DNA from: a virus
Virus record (IMG/VR): IMGVR_UViG_3300045970_000382
Coordinates: 32,001 to 96,000 of that record
Strand: one strand, 5' to 3'
DNA: 64,000 bases
The notes under the pieces were generated by a model. That model was given only the letters and a program-made list of their open reading frames with translations, was not told where the DNA came from and searched no databases. The position numbers were made by a program, and so were the translations under genes. The first letter of the stretch is position 1, and every line of letters begins with the position of its first letter. Of the stretch, positions 18,959-29,699 are shown in pieces.

Positions 18959-21900
18959 GTGGCAGATCCCTATATAAATAATGTAGTTCTGCTTCTTCAT
19001 TGTGATGGAGTTAACGGCTCTGCTACATTTACAGATAGTTCTCCAAAAGGAAAAATTCCTAGTGTTTATGGATCTGCACAGATAAGTTCTACTAAGTATA
19101 AATTTGGTGGAACTAGTGGATATTTTGAAGGCAGTGTCAGTGATCTTAGGTATGCCTCTAGTGCAGATTTTGACTTTGGATCTGGTGACTTTACAATAGA
19201 GTGTTGGATATACCCTATTAGTAATCCTTCAGTTAAATTATTTTGTGGAAAATTACCCAATTCTGGTAGAGGTCCTTTTTTCTTAGGATGTGATAATTCA
19301 ACTTTTTATTTTGGTTTTTCTACTAATACAGGTAATTGGGATATAGCTGATTACAAAACACTTGGATCTGTTACACAAAATACTTGGAGTCATGTTGCTG
19401 TATCTAGACAAGGGTCTACATTTAGATCTTTTTTAAATGGAGTGGCTGGAGCAACAGCTACTTCTTCATCTGCCTTAGTGGTTGTTGCAAATCCTTTATC
19501 AATAGGTAGTGGTGGTGAAGGTACAACTGGAAACTATTTTAATGGATACATTGATGATCTTCGTATCACTAAAGGAGTTGCTAGGTACACAGCAAACTTT
19601 ACTCCACCTACTTTTGCACTTGAAGATAACATACCTATATCTTCACAAGATCCATATTATGATAAAGTAGCTTTATTACTCCATTGTGAAGGTTCTAATA
19701 ATTCTACTACTTTTAAAGATAGCTCTCCAATACCAAAAGATATAGATGTAACTGGAACTTCTAAAATAAGTACAGCACAAGCTAAATTTGGTGGGTCAAG
19801 TGCTTATTTTGATGGAACAGTAAACTATTTATCTTCTTCTAATAGTTTTTTAAATTTAAGTTCTGGAGATTTTACAATAGAATGTTGGATGTATCCAACA
19901 TCTTTAGTAGCAGCATCTCAAGGAATTTTTTTTAATGGAACATTTGGCAGCAGTAGTAATAGTAGAATACAAATAGATTTAAAATCAGATGGGAGTCTTA
20001 GTTTTTTTGCAGCTAACTCTACACCTACTACATCATGGTCTTTAACTTCTGCTATATCTTTAATAAATATAAATACTTGGTATCATATTGCTGCTGTTAG
20101 ACTAGGAAGCTCTGTTACTCTTTATATTGATGGAATTTCTGTAGCAACTTCTTCTATTAGTAACGAACCTGGTGCAGGTAGTGTTTATTATATTGGATAT
20201 GCAAGAAATTCATCATTAGATAGATATTTTACTGGATACATAGATGAACTTCGTGTTACAAAAGGATTAGCTAGGTACTTAACAAATTTTACTCCAACAG
20301 TATATCCATTTCAGGATATACTACCATTACCAACTTCTACAGACCATTATCATTCTTTTGTAAGCCTATTATTGCACTGTGAAGGTACTCATGGTTCTAC
20401 TACTTTTATAGATAATGGATCTGCTCCAAAGACTGTAACAGCAAATGGGAATGCATCTATAAGTTCAACTCAATCTAAAATAGGATCAACCAGTGCTTAT
20501 TTTGATGGAACTGGTGATTATTTAACTATTCCTATTAGTAGTGATTTTAATTTTGGTACAGGTGATTTTACAGTTGAGGCATGGGTCTATGTATCTTCCT
20601 TAAATGAATATTCACATATTATCCAATTTGGTGAATCTTCTACTAAAAGATGGAATATCTATCATAGCAAAACAGGTCAAACATTTCGTTTGTATTATAA
20701 CGATTCAGGTGTCTGGGGTGATGTAGCGGTAACTGGAACTGTTAGTTTTAATACCTGGTATTATGTAGCAGTGGTGAAGAACGGAACAACAGTTAATTTT
20801 TATCTAAATGGGTCTAACACATATTCATCCACCACGTTAGGCTTACCAATCGGTAATTTAATGGTAGGTATAGGTGAAGAAAATTTTAGTCTAGACTCAA
20901 CTTGCTATTTTAAAGGATATATAGATGAAATAAGAATAACAAAAGGACTAGCAAGATATACTATAAATTTTAATTCAACTTCAGTACCTTTTTCTGACAA
21001 TCCAAGAATTATTTCTTTAGGAAATGATGCTTATTCATCTTCTGTAAGTCTGTTATTACATTTTGAAGGGTCTAATGGTTCTACTACATTTACAGATAAT
21101 TCTCCAAATCCAAAAACTGTAACAGCTGCAGGTAATGCTAAGATAAGCACAGCACAATCTAAGTTTGGTGGAACAAGTGCCTTATTTGATGGAAGTGGAG
21201 ATTATCTAACCATACCTGCTAGTTCTTCTACAGATTTAAGAAGTAGTGCCTTTACTATTGAGTTTTGGGCATACCGTCCCAGTACAGGTGGAACTAATCC
21301 TGGTGACGGAGGATGTGTTGTATTAAATCGTAGATATGGAGGTGGATCTGCGACTGATGTTCAATGGGGAGCTGGAGTTAGTTTAACAGCATCTACTTTC
21401 TGGTTCTCAACTTCAAATGGGGCAGGTAATCAAAGTATTTCAACGGTCTCAACTAGCTCAAAAGATGTATGGCATCATTACGCAGTAACTTTAACAGATG
21501 CAGGATATATACGATTATTTGTTGATGGTGTATTATCTGCAAGTAATCCATCTTATGGAATGCTAAATGTTATTGCGCCTGTAGATAACAATAATGTTTA
21601 CGTTGGATATGGAGGATTTAATACACAATATTTTAATGGATACATAGATAAACTTCGTATTACTAAAGGTGTGGCTAGGTATATCAATGATTTTACTCCT
21701 ACCATAACAGATTATCTTCCAACAGATTCTTTAGATCCTTATATAAATTCTGTAAGTCTTCTATGTACATTTGATAATGAAGATACTGCTGTTTTTTCGG
21801 ATTATTCTCCTGCACGTAGAACTGTTTCTCCGTCTGCTGCTGGTTTTAACACTACATCTACTTTTAAATATAGAGGTGGAAGTTGTTTAATAAATAATGC

Positions 21901-23536
21901 TACAAATGATTATATCTATGCTGGATCATTTCCTATAGCAGATAATAGTTTTACAATAGAAGGTTGGTTTAATGTAAGATCTTGGGGAACGTATGGAAGA
22001 CAATTATTTTTTCATGGTTCAGCTTTTACACCTTCTATGTCCCTTCAGGCTCAAATAAGTTCAGCTGGAGCTATAACAATAGCTGCTCCTAGTGTGTCTG
22101 GAGCTGTTTTAACCTTATCTGCTGGAATTATTCCTGGAAAGTGGTATCACATAGCCTTTGTTAGAAATGGTTCTACAATTAGTACATTTGTTAATGGAGT
22201 GAAGTTAGGATCTACAGTAATTTCTGGAGTTATATCTACTTCTGCAAATAATTTTTATATAGGTAGAGGATCAGATTGGGGTACTAACAATATTTGTTCT
22301 TTTGATGGATATATAAATGATTTTAGAGTAACTGTTGGTATATCTAGATATACTGCAAACTTTAATCCTCCTGGCTCACTTAGAGATACTTTTAATCTTT
22401 TACAAGATCCATATTATTCAAATAATACGTTAGAATTATTTTTTGATGGATCTACTACTGAGACTAAATTAAAAGATGCCTCAAGTCTGGGTAAGCATGT
22501 AGCTTTATACGGTAATGCATCTATATCTAATACTATTTATAAATACAGCAAAAGCAGCGTCTATCTTGATGGAGTTAACAGTTCTGTACAAATAGAAAAA
22601 TCTTCAAACTATGGAATTTCTTCAGGTGATTTTACTATAGAAGGCTGGTTTTATATTATTCCTAATGGGTCTGGATTAAACCATCTTTTGCAGGTTAATT
22701 ATGGATCATTATCTAGTAGATGGAATGTATTTTATAATACCACGGATAGTACGTTAAATCTTTGGATGAATGGAAATTTAGTATCATGTGTAATTTCTGC
22801 ATCAGTTTGGAATCATGTAGCTGTAGTCAGACTTGGATCAGTTACAACTTTATTTATTAATGGTGGTTCTATGGGAACTACTTCTGTAACACTTCCATCT
22901 GGTGTTCCATCAATAACTTTAGGTACTCAATTTTATTCTCCTCTTGCTCCTGATTATTTTAAAGGTTATATAGATGAATTTAGAATAACAAGCATGGCAA
23001 GATATACTTCAAGTTTTTCTCCACCAATAAATTATTTCTTAATTAATCGTATTTTAGAAATTGTAAGAATTTTAGGTGTATCTTCATTTGGAACATTTCT
23101 TCAATGGTCTGGTTTACCACCTAAAATGATAAATCTTCCAGTAGAGATTGGAAGAGGCTACTATGAGTGGATTATAAAACCACCTAAAATGGTAAATCTT
23201 CCAGTAGAATTTGGAATAGGGTATCTCAGTTGGAACACCCTTCCACCTAAAATGATAACATTGCCAATAGAATTTGGACATGAACAAAAAATAGTTACCT
23301 GGTGGTCTGGTAATAGCACTATCTTTGGAGTGATTACAATTAATTCTATACCAGCTAAACGTAGAGTTAGATTATTTGATTCTATTACCGGAATATGTCT
23401 TAAAGAAATAATTTCAAATTCTGAGGGTGAATTTGTTTTTCTTAATTTAAGGAAAGATTTAACGTATACTATCAGTACCACAGATAGGGGAGAAAATTAC
23501 AATGATGTTCTTACTGCAAATGTTTTTCCTGTCTAA
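18959..23536 (+). CDS. Six-LamG/ConA-domain fibre protein with family B C-terminal module
   Basis: Six D.Y...V.LLLH...FTIE.W...W.H.A...GYID..R.T units; C-terminal RRVRLFD..TG......S..EG.F.F.NL...YND. Confidence 0.8.
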   Translation: MADPYINNVVLLLHCDGVNGSATFTDSSPKGKIPSVYGSAQISSTKYKFGGTSGYFEGSVSDLRYASSADFDFGSGDFTIECWIYPISNPSVKLFCGKLPNSGRGPFFLGCDNSTFYFGFSTNTGNWDIADYKTLGSVTQNTWSHVAVSRQGSTFRSFLNGVAGATATSSSALVVVANPLSIGSGGEGTTGNYFNGYIDDLRITKGVARYTANFTPPTFALEDNIPISSQDPYYDKVALLLHCEGSNNSTTFKDSSPIPKDIDVTGTSKISTAQAKFGGSSAYFDGTVNYLSSSNSFLNLSSGDFTIECWMYPTSLVAASQGIFFNGTFGSSSNSRIQIDLKSDGSLSFFAANSTPTTSWSLTSAISLININTWYHIAAVRLGSSVTLYIDGISVATSSISNEPGAGSVYYIGYARNSSLDRYFTGYIDELRVTKGLARYLTNFTPTVYPFQDILPLPTSTDHYHSFVSLLLHCEGTHGSTTFIDNGSAPKTVTANGNASISSTQSKIGSTSAYFDGTGDYLTIPISSDFNFGTGDFTVEAWVYVSSLNEYSHIIQFGESSTKRWNIYHSKTGQTFRLYYNDSGVWGDVAVTGTVSFNTWYYVAVVKNGTTVNFYLNGSNTYSSTTLGLPIGNLMVGIGEENFSLDSTCYFKGYIDEIRITKGLARYTINFNSTSVPFSDNPRIISLGNDAYSSSVSLLLHFEGSNGSTTFTDNSPNPKTVTAAGNAKISTAQSKFGGTSALFDGSGDYLTIPASSSTDLRSSAFTIEFWAYRPSTGGTNPGDGGCVVLNRRYGGGSATDVQWGAGVSLTASTFWFSTSNGAGNQSISTVSTSSKDVWHHYAVTLTDAGYIRLFVDGVLSASNPSYGMLNVIAPVDNNNVYVGYGGFNTQYFNGYIDKLRITKGVARYINDFTPTITDYLPTDSLDPYINSVSLLCTFDNEDTAVFSDYSPARRTVSPSAAGFNTTSTFKYRGGSCLINNATNDYIYAGSFPIADNSFTIEGWFNVRSWGTYGRQLFFHGSAFTPSMSLQAQISSAGAITIAAPSVSGAVLTLSAGIIPGKWYHIAFVRNGSTISTFVNGVKLGSTVISGVISTSANNFYIGRGSDWGTNNICSFDGYINDFRVTVGISRYTANFNPPGSLRDTFNLLQDPYYSNNTLELFFDGSTTETKLKDASSLGKHVALYGNASISNTIYKYSKSSVYLDGVNSSVQIEKSSNYGISSGDFTIEGWFYIIPNGSGLNHLLQVNYGSLSSRWNVFYNTTDSTLNLWMNGNLVSCVISASVWNHVAVVRLGSVTTLFINGGSMGTTSVTLPSGVPSITLGTQFYSPLAPDYFKGYIDEFRITSMARYTSSFSPPINYFLINRILEIVRILGVSSFGTFLQWSGLPPKMINLPVEIGRGYYEWIIKPPKMVNLPVEFGIGYLSWNTLPPKMITLPIEFGHEQKIVTWWSGNSTIFGVITINSIPAKRRVRLFDSITGICLKEIISNSEGEFVFLNLRKDLTYTISTTDRGENYNDVLTANVFPV
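23117..23275 (+). repeat. Three 63-bp-period repeats (PPKM.NLP.E.G linker)
   Basis: ccacctaaaatg at 23117, 23180 and 23243. Confidence 0.85.
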
Positions 23537-23569
23537 AAATTAAATTAATCAAATTGGGATGATCTGATT

Positions 23570-26500
23570 GTGTCTAATTACGTCCCTACTCCAAGTACAA
23601 ATATCAATTTAGTTTTCTTAGAAGAACTATTACCTCCTTTAGGTAATGATGTAGATCTAGAATTATCTAGAGTAGTTCTTTATGGAGAATTAATTTGTAC
23701 TACAGATGATATATTATTAGATTTAGTTCTTTATCATTATATTTGGGAAAAAACTCTTAATCTTGTTGTAACAACAGATGACATTGTTACAGATGTTCAT
23801 ATCGCTCCTAACGAAGGTTTGTGGTATCTAGTACCACAACAGCCTATAGTTTTTGCATTTATTGATGATACGTATACCATACCTGGAGCAGCAAATGTTC
23901 CATTCACGTTTACACCTTTAACAGTTCAATTCAAGTTTCTCAAATTTACTGTAACAGCAGATAATGTCAGTATAGATTTAGAATTATTTACTCAAGATAT
24001 TCGTGATAGATTTATCACATATACATTACCTACAGTTGGACTCTTCACTGCTTTTTTTGCCAGACCTGCTTTTTTCACTTGGATAAGTTCTTTAGCAACT
24101 ATTTTACCACTCTTTGCTTGTAAATATATTCCACCAAGAACCGCCAATATCTTTAGTACCTTAGCAAATGGTTCTTGTTCTATATCAGGAATAGTGCCTA
24201 TACCTGTAACAGGTACTTTAGCTGCAACGTTGGGTTATACTTCTTGTTCAGTTTTAGGAATAGTTCCTATCCGGATTTATATAATTTTTTCTACAACTCT
24301 AGATAATATTACTCCTACTTTTTCATTATTAAGGTGGGATAGTGTTCAAGGATCATTTGATTGTAATACCGGAAGTTGTTCTGTAATATTTAATCTTTAT
24401 AAAGCTCCAGTAGGTAATTGGCTTTCAACTACTGAAAATAATACAGATTTATTTACAGCCGTTCATTTAGTTGGAAGACTAAACTCAATCTTAGCAGTAA
24501 ATACTTCTATATTTAGAACTGTTCATATTGTAGGAATATTAGATTCTAATACGAATTGTGTTTTCTATTTAACTGGAATTATTCCAATAAGAATATATTT
24601 AACTTTAGATTTTACAACTGGAACAGTAATATGGGTTCCATTAAAAGAAATGATAGCGGAGTTTTCAATAGATTATTATCTGGATGCATCTGATTCTATT
24701 GAGCATATTCAAGATATTTCGTATTTTGGAGACGCTAGAAATTTATTCAATAATGTCCATATCTTAACTTATATTAATGATGCTCCAAATGATCTTCCAA
24801 TAATACAAAATTTGAATTATTTATCTAATCTAACAAGTTCAGAAATAATTGTTAATGAAGAATATGCTCTTGAAGGTTTGGCAGATGAACATAATTATAT
24901 TCTTCAACAATATTCTGTAAATCTTAAAGAATCAGTTATTTTTGAGGTTTTAGAATATTTAGTTGAGGTATCTTTAAATAAATCTAATGTAATAACTAAT
25001 TCATATTCTAATATTTTAGTTTCTACTGAATATATCAATGAAATATCTAGTAGTATTATTGTAGAAGAACAAACGGATGAAGCTCATTTTTATTGGGATT
25101 TAGATACGATAAATCTTTATCAGGATTCTTATAGTGTTAATTACGAATTACAGTCCCCTACCGCAGCTATTATTAATATTGTTCCAGATACACCTGTTAC
25201 TATTATAAGATTTTTAGTTAGTCTAGGTGCGGTTATTCAAGGTTTTACAAGTTCTATTAATGTTGAAATATTTCTTCATATTATGGAACCAAAAACTATT
25301 GATCTAAGTTTTATTACTGATGATTCTTTGTTTGATAGTAGAGGATATTCTGTATTAAAAATAATTATAGATGCACATACCCATAATGATTATAGTCTAT
25401 TTAGTATAGTCACTTTTTATGGACGCTTATCCATAACTACAGCATCGGTAATCAGTGTTATTAGAGGTGGTATTCCAACTTTAATTTCTATGAATTTAAT
25501 TACTAATAAAGATGTTTCACTAACAACTGGACATTTTTTACTGACAGCCGCATCAAATTATCTAGTTTATATAAATATAGATACAGGATCTGTTCAAGCC
25601 AATATTTTTGGTGTAGGTGCTAATTTAGGAAGTTTATTTGTATCAGGTAATCCAAATGAGGTTTATAATTTAACTGATCCAATCACTCATAAAATATTAA
25701 GATACTGGTATGCATTAGGTGTCATTTTTAATGGCATGATAATAAATCCGTATGCATTAAGAGCTGAGATAATAACTCCAATGGTGGTTTGTAGATTTGT
25801 TGCTCTTATTCCAGAACCAAGACAATTAACACTAGCATTAAATCTTAGCCCTGTTATTTTTAGAGGTCGAGGTTATATACGTGTTACTTTAATTTTTAAT
25901 GTAATTCTTAATAACATTAATGGCGTTTTTACGTTAGGTTATACTAATACAAAATTGCAAATGGATTTGTTTACTGCTATTTCAAGATCAACATTATCTT
26001 TAACAACACCTATTAGAATTTATGTAGATTTTAGAGCAAACACAGGTGATATACATTCTGACATTTTTATTCGCTTGAGCAGTTTAGGTAAATTACAAAG
26101 TGACACTCTTGATTCTACAAGTCGAATATGGGGTGTGCAAATGGTAGGTACGTTTGATGTTGTATCTAGAAATGTTATACCTATTTTAGAATTAAGAATA
26201 CCTTTTGGCATTACACTTGCAGGAGATACAGGTTGTCCTCTAGGTAATATAGATTTAAAAGTTCCTATTCAAATAAACATAAGATTTGACTGTGCGTTTG
26301 ATAACGCTTTAGGAGGTTTTAAATTAAGGAATCCTATTGTAGGTTCATTAGAAACTACAACAGCTTTTATGTTTCCAAAGATATTAATCTCGTCAATAAT
26401 AGGAAGATTAAGCACTGTCACTAATAATTATCTTTATATAAATTTTTATCTTAAACATAGAGATTTACAAACATTAGAATTAGATTTAGAACTTGAAGAT

Positions 26501-29500
26501 TGTAGTTCTAAAATTAAAGGTAGAATAATTACGAACTTTCGTATAAATCTAACTATGTCAGATAATTATTCTATTATTATGATGAAAGCTCCTATTTATA
26601 ATGTTTTAGATTTTAGAACTTCTTTATTTGATAATATTCCAACATTTGTATTAAGAAATGGCAAAGCCACTTTTGTTATTATAGAAAAACTTTTACCTAA
26701 TTCTATAGCACAAATTTATTGTTATTATCCATTAATAGGTTTTTTCAATGTAGTTCTTAATGATGTTTTTCTTAATTTAAAAATAAAAGTTCCAGAAAGA
26801 TATTTAGTAGATTTTACTCCTGATACAGTAACTGCCTTTTTTGATATACGAATGGCTATTCCTGTTTTTGGATATGTTAATGGTCTGATTCATAATGATC
26901 TTAGTTATTTCAGAGGTTCTGCTACTTTAGGAATAATGGCTATTTTTCCTCCTGCTATTAAAATTGTAAGTTTTAAATTATCTGTTGCAGTAAGAATTTC
27001 AGTTAAATTCCTTAGTACTTTAGAATTAATAAATTTTAGATTGAATAGTTGGGTAGATGTTGTAGGTATTTTAAGTGGAATTAATGAAGAATTATTTAAG
27101 GAAGAAGATCCTCAATTTGACCATCAATTAATGTTAAATCAACAACAAAGATCAGGAGTTACCTCATTATTTAGATTATTTACTTATGTAATGCCTACGG
27201 CTATCAGTGGACGGTTATTACAATTTTTACCTAATGTATTTCCTAATTTTGTATTAAATAATCCAACTAATGGAATAAGATTTAATGTTTATGTTACTGC
27301 TTATGGTAATATCAATTTAGTATCTTTAGTTCAAGGTGAATTTATAATTGAAACTGAAGATTTAAGAAGTTGTGAAATAATTTTAAATCTTAAAGCTACT
27401 TCAGGAATTATCACTTCACAATTAAAAAATAGTTCTGCTAATTTTAAAGGTTCTATTGATATTGCAGTTTTCTTAGATAAAGTAACAGAGTTAGTAAAAC
27501 CATTTATTCTTTTAGAAGTTAAATCTACTAGACATGGAAGTCTTATTTTTAGAACACAAAATAATACTGGAATTTTTGTATGTAAGTCTATAAAAGACCA
27601 ATATGCAGGACCTTGGTTATCTGTTTTAGATAATGTTAAATTTGTTCTTTTTCAACTTAAAATTCCATATAGATTATATTGTGTTATAGATTCAAATACA
27701 GTTAGATGTTATTGCAATATTGCAATCCATGTTAGTTGTGGTGGTAGATTAAGTTCCGAAACTGATTCTGTTTTACCTACAATTTTATCACAAGATAGTA
27801 ATCTTAGAATTTTATTAATTACAGAAGATTTAATAGGTAAAATAAAACTAGGAATTGCTCCAGCAGTAGATGGATTATTTAAAGTTATTACTGAAAAATT
27901 TATAGTAGATATTCATTTAAAAACTCCTACTAGTGGGCATTTATTTGTGGTAACAGCACCACCCAGTTTAGTAAGATTTAGAATGAATAAAGAAATCTAT
28001 GGAAAAATGGTTCCATGGGATTACATAGTAAGTAACAATCCACCTTTATATAAACTAGATTTAAAAGATCCAATATATCAAGGAATTGATATTACAGAAT
28101 GGATGTTTGACCCTACAAAATGTGATATTTTTAAAAGAACAGCTTTTGTTATTCCGCAAATAGAATTATACACACCCATACCTGCTAAAATTCGCATGAA
28201 TTTGCTTCCAGGAAAAGAAGAACAATTTGCAGATACATATATGGTTTGGAATAGTTATATTAATAAATGGGAGTGGGGTACAACTAGAACATTACCTAAT
28301 CCTTGGTTTAGTGCTTCTGGTATTGTAGATATTTTTGGATTTATGGAAACAGGTATTACTGGAGTAAAAGAAGTTTTATTTTATTTATCTATAAAGGTGT
28401 TTTCAGGAAAATGGGAATCTAAATTAGATGGAGTAAAAAAGACAGATCTTAGATTAAGGAATGTTTTTAGTATTGGTTTCTTTTTAGAATTTCAAACAGG
28501 TCCTGCTACTTTTTATATTGCGGCTACTGCAACAAATCCTAGTTATTTTGCAATTATTACAGATCATGTAAATTGTGCTATTTATGCTACAGCACCTTTC
28601 TTTGCATTTTGTGATTTAGAATCTACTACAGAATCTATAAAAATAAGAATAGTTATAGATGTTGTTTTGTATAAGTGGGCATTTATATTTACTCAAACTG
28701 TCGATAGTGTTGCTGTTATTACTGGATTAATTTCATTTTCGCTTAATAGAATAGAATTAATTACTCAGGATATTATTAGTGATATTTTATTGATTGAATA
28801 TTTTATTTTAGGTAGAATGAACGCCTATTTAAGAGCTTGTACTGTTAGAATGAAAATAAATACCACTGGATTAAATCCAATTATAGGTTATTTTATAACT
28901 CATACTGATTCTATTATTTTTCATACTGAAATTTATGCTTCTACAGGTTTATTTATTCTTGTGGGTACTAAAAATGCTACAATGAATTTTATAGGTAAAG
29001 TTGCACGACCATTAGTAATAGATTTTTATTTTAGAACTGAAAATTCTTTAAGTGCTATTTATTTGGTTGCACCTATATCAGGTTTGTTACAATCTAATTT
29101 ACAAGATATAGAAAATGATCTACAATTACTTTATATAAAACCTATTATAGGTCACTTATTTTCAGATTCAGATTCAATTTCATGTAATATTAGATTATAT
29201 ATTCCTGTATATCTTACATTAGATCTTATATTGCAAGACATTATTACTGATATGGATATTAGAGTAATGGTTACTTTAACTCTAGAAAGTATTTTAGAGT
29301 CTTCAGTTTACTTTGGACGAGTTAATATTTACGAAAAAGAGGTGGAGCAAATTTCAGATTTATATTATGATATAGAAGGTGAAATATTACCAGACTCTCC
29401 TACTTCAACTTTCAATAAAAAAGGCTTTGTACGTGTATATTCGGGTGAAACAGGGGAATTAGTAAAAGAGGTTTATACTACAGGTTCGACTTATAAAATT

Positions 29501-29599
29501 GCTAATCTTATTGAAGGGGAATATTCAGTAGTCTTAGATCCTGATGTTGAAAAAAGATTAAAAGTCCACAGTAAGATAATATTGGGAGAAGATGCCTAA
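23570..29599 (+). CDS. 2009-aa hydrophobic beta-repeat fibre-associated protein with divergent family B C-terminal module
   Basis: Degenerate 20-24-aa units (G.L..TL.......G.V); C-terminal FVRVYSGETGELV.E.......Y.I.NL.EG.Y.V..D. Confidence 0.6.
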   Translation: MSNYVPTPSTNINLVFLEELLPPLGNDVDLELSRVVLYGELICTTDDILLDLVLYHYIWEKTLNLVVTTDDIVTDVHIAPNEGLWYLVPQQPIVFAFIDDTYTIPGAANVPFTFTPLTVQFKFLKFTVTADNVSIDLELFTQDIRDRFITYTLPTVGLFTAFFARPAFFTWISSLATILPLFACKYIPPRTANIFSTLANGSCSISGIVPIPVTGTLAATLGYTSCSVLGIVPIRIYIIFSTTLDNITPTFSLLRWDSVQGSFDCNTGSCSVIFNLYKAPVGNWLSTTENNTDLFTAVHLVGRLNSILAVNTSIFRTVHIVGILDSNTNCVFYLTGIIPIRIYLTLDFTTGTVIWVPLKEMIAEFSIDYYLDASDSIEHIQDISYFGDARNLFNNVHILTYINDAPNDLPIIQNLNYLSNLTSSEIIVNEEYALEGLADEHNYILQQYSVNLKESVIFEVLEYLVEVSLNKSNVITNSYSNILVSTEYINEISSSIIVEEQTDEAHFYWDLDTINLYQDSYSVNYELQSPTAAIINIVPDTPVTIIRFLVSLGAVIQGFTSSINVEIFLHIMEPKTIDLSFITDDSLFDSRGYSVLKIIIDAHTHNDYSLFSIVTFYGRLSITTASVISVIRGGIPTLISMNLITNKDVSLTTGHFLLTAASNYLVYINIDTGSVQANIFGVGANLGSLFVSGNPNEVYNLTDPITHKILRYWYALGVIFNGMIINPYALRAEIITPMVVCRFVALIPEPRQLTLALNLSPVIFRGRGYIRVTLIFNVILNNINGVFTLGYTNTKLQMDLFTAISRSTLSLTTPIRIYVDFRANTGDIHSDIFIRLSSLGKLQSDTLDSTSRIWGVQMVGTFDVVSRNVIPILELRIPFGITLAGDTGCPLGNIDLKVPIQINIRFDCAFDNALGGFKLRNPIVGSLETTTAFMFPKILISSIIGRLSTVTNNYLYINFYLKHRDLQTLELDLELEDCSSKIKGRIITNFRINLTMSDNYSIIMMKAPIYNVLDFRTSLFDNIPTFVLRNGKATFVIIEKLLPNSIAQIYCYYPLIGFFNVVLNDVFLNLKIKVPERYLVDFTPDTVTAFFDIRMAIPVFGYVNGLIHNDLSYFRGSATLGIMAIFPPAIKIVSFKLSVAVRISVKFLSTLELINFRLNSWVDVVGILSGINEELFKEEDPQFDHQLMLNQQQRSGVTSLFRLFTYVMPTAISGRLLQFLPNVFPNFVLNNPTNGIRFNVYVTAYGNINLVSLVQGEFIIETEDLRSCEIILNLKATSGIITSQLKNSSANFKGSIDIAVFLDKVTELVKPFILLEVKSTRHGSLIFRTQNNTGIFVCKSIKDQYAGPWLSVLDNVKFVLFQLKIPYRLYCVIDSNTVRCYCNIAIHVSCGGRLSSETDSVLPTILSQDSNLRILLITEDLIGKIKLGIAPAVDGLFKVITEKFIVDIHLKTPTSGHLFVVTAPPSLVRFRMNKEIYGKMVPWDYIVSNNPPLYKLDLKDPIYQGIDITEWMFDPTKCDIFKRTAFVIPQIELYTPIPAKIRMNLLPGKEEQFADTYMVWNSYINKWEWGTTRTLPNPWFSASGIVDIFGFMETGITGVKEVLFYLSIKVFSGKWESKLDGVKKTDLRLRNVFSIGFFLEFQTGPATFYIAATATNPSYFAIITDHVNCAIYATAPFFAFCDLESTTESIKIRIVIDVVLYKWAFIFTQTVDSVAVITGLISFSLNRIELITQDIISDILLIEYFILGRMNAYLRACTVRMKINTTGLNPIIGYFITHTDSIIFHTEIYASTGLFILVGTKNATMNFIGKVARPLVIDFYFRTENSLSAIYLVAPISGLLQSNLQDIENDLQLLYIKPIIGHLFSDSDSISCNIRLYIPVYLTLDLILQDIITDMDIRVMVTLTLESILESSVYFGRVNIYEKEVEQISDLYYDIEGEILPDSPTSTFNKKGFVRVYSGETGELVKEVYTTGSTYKIANLIEGEYSVVLDPDVEKRLKVHSKIILGEDA

Positions 29600-29611
29600 C
29601 TAGTTTATTAT

Positions 29612-29667
29612 ATCTATGTTAAAATATAGATTGAATTAAAGAACTATGCTTAGTAATTGCTAGGCAT
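29612..29667 (+). promoter_or_regulatory. Two short leader hairpins upstream of the intron-containing gene
   Basis: atctat/atagat 29612-29631; atgcttag/ctaggcat 29646-29667. Confidence 0.3.
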
Positions 29668-29699
29668 TTAAATAAAAACACTATAGGAATCAAAGACTT

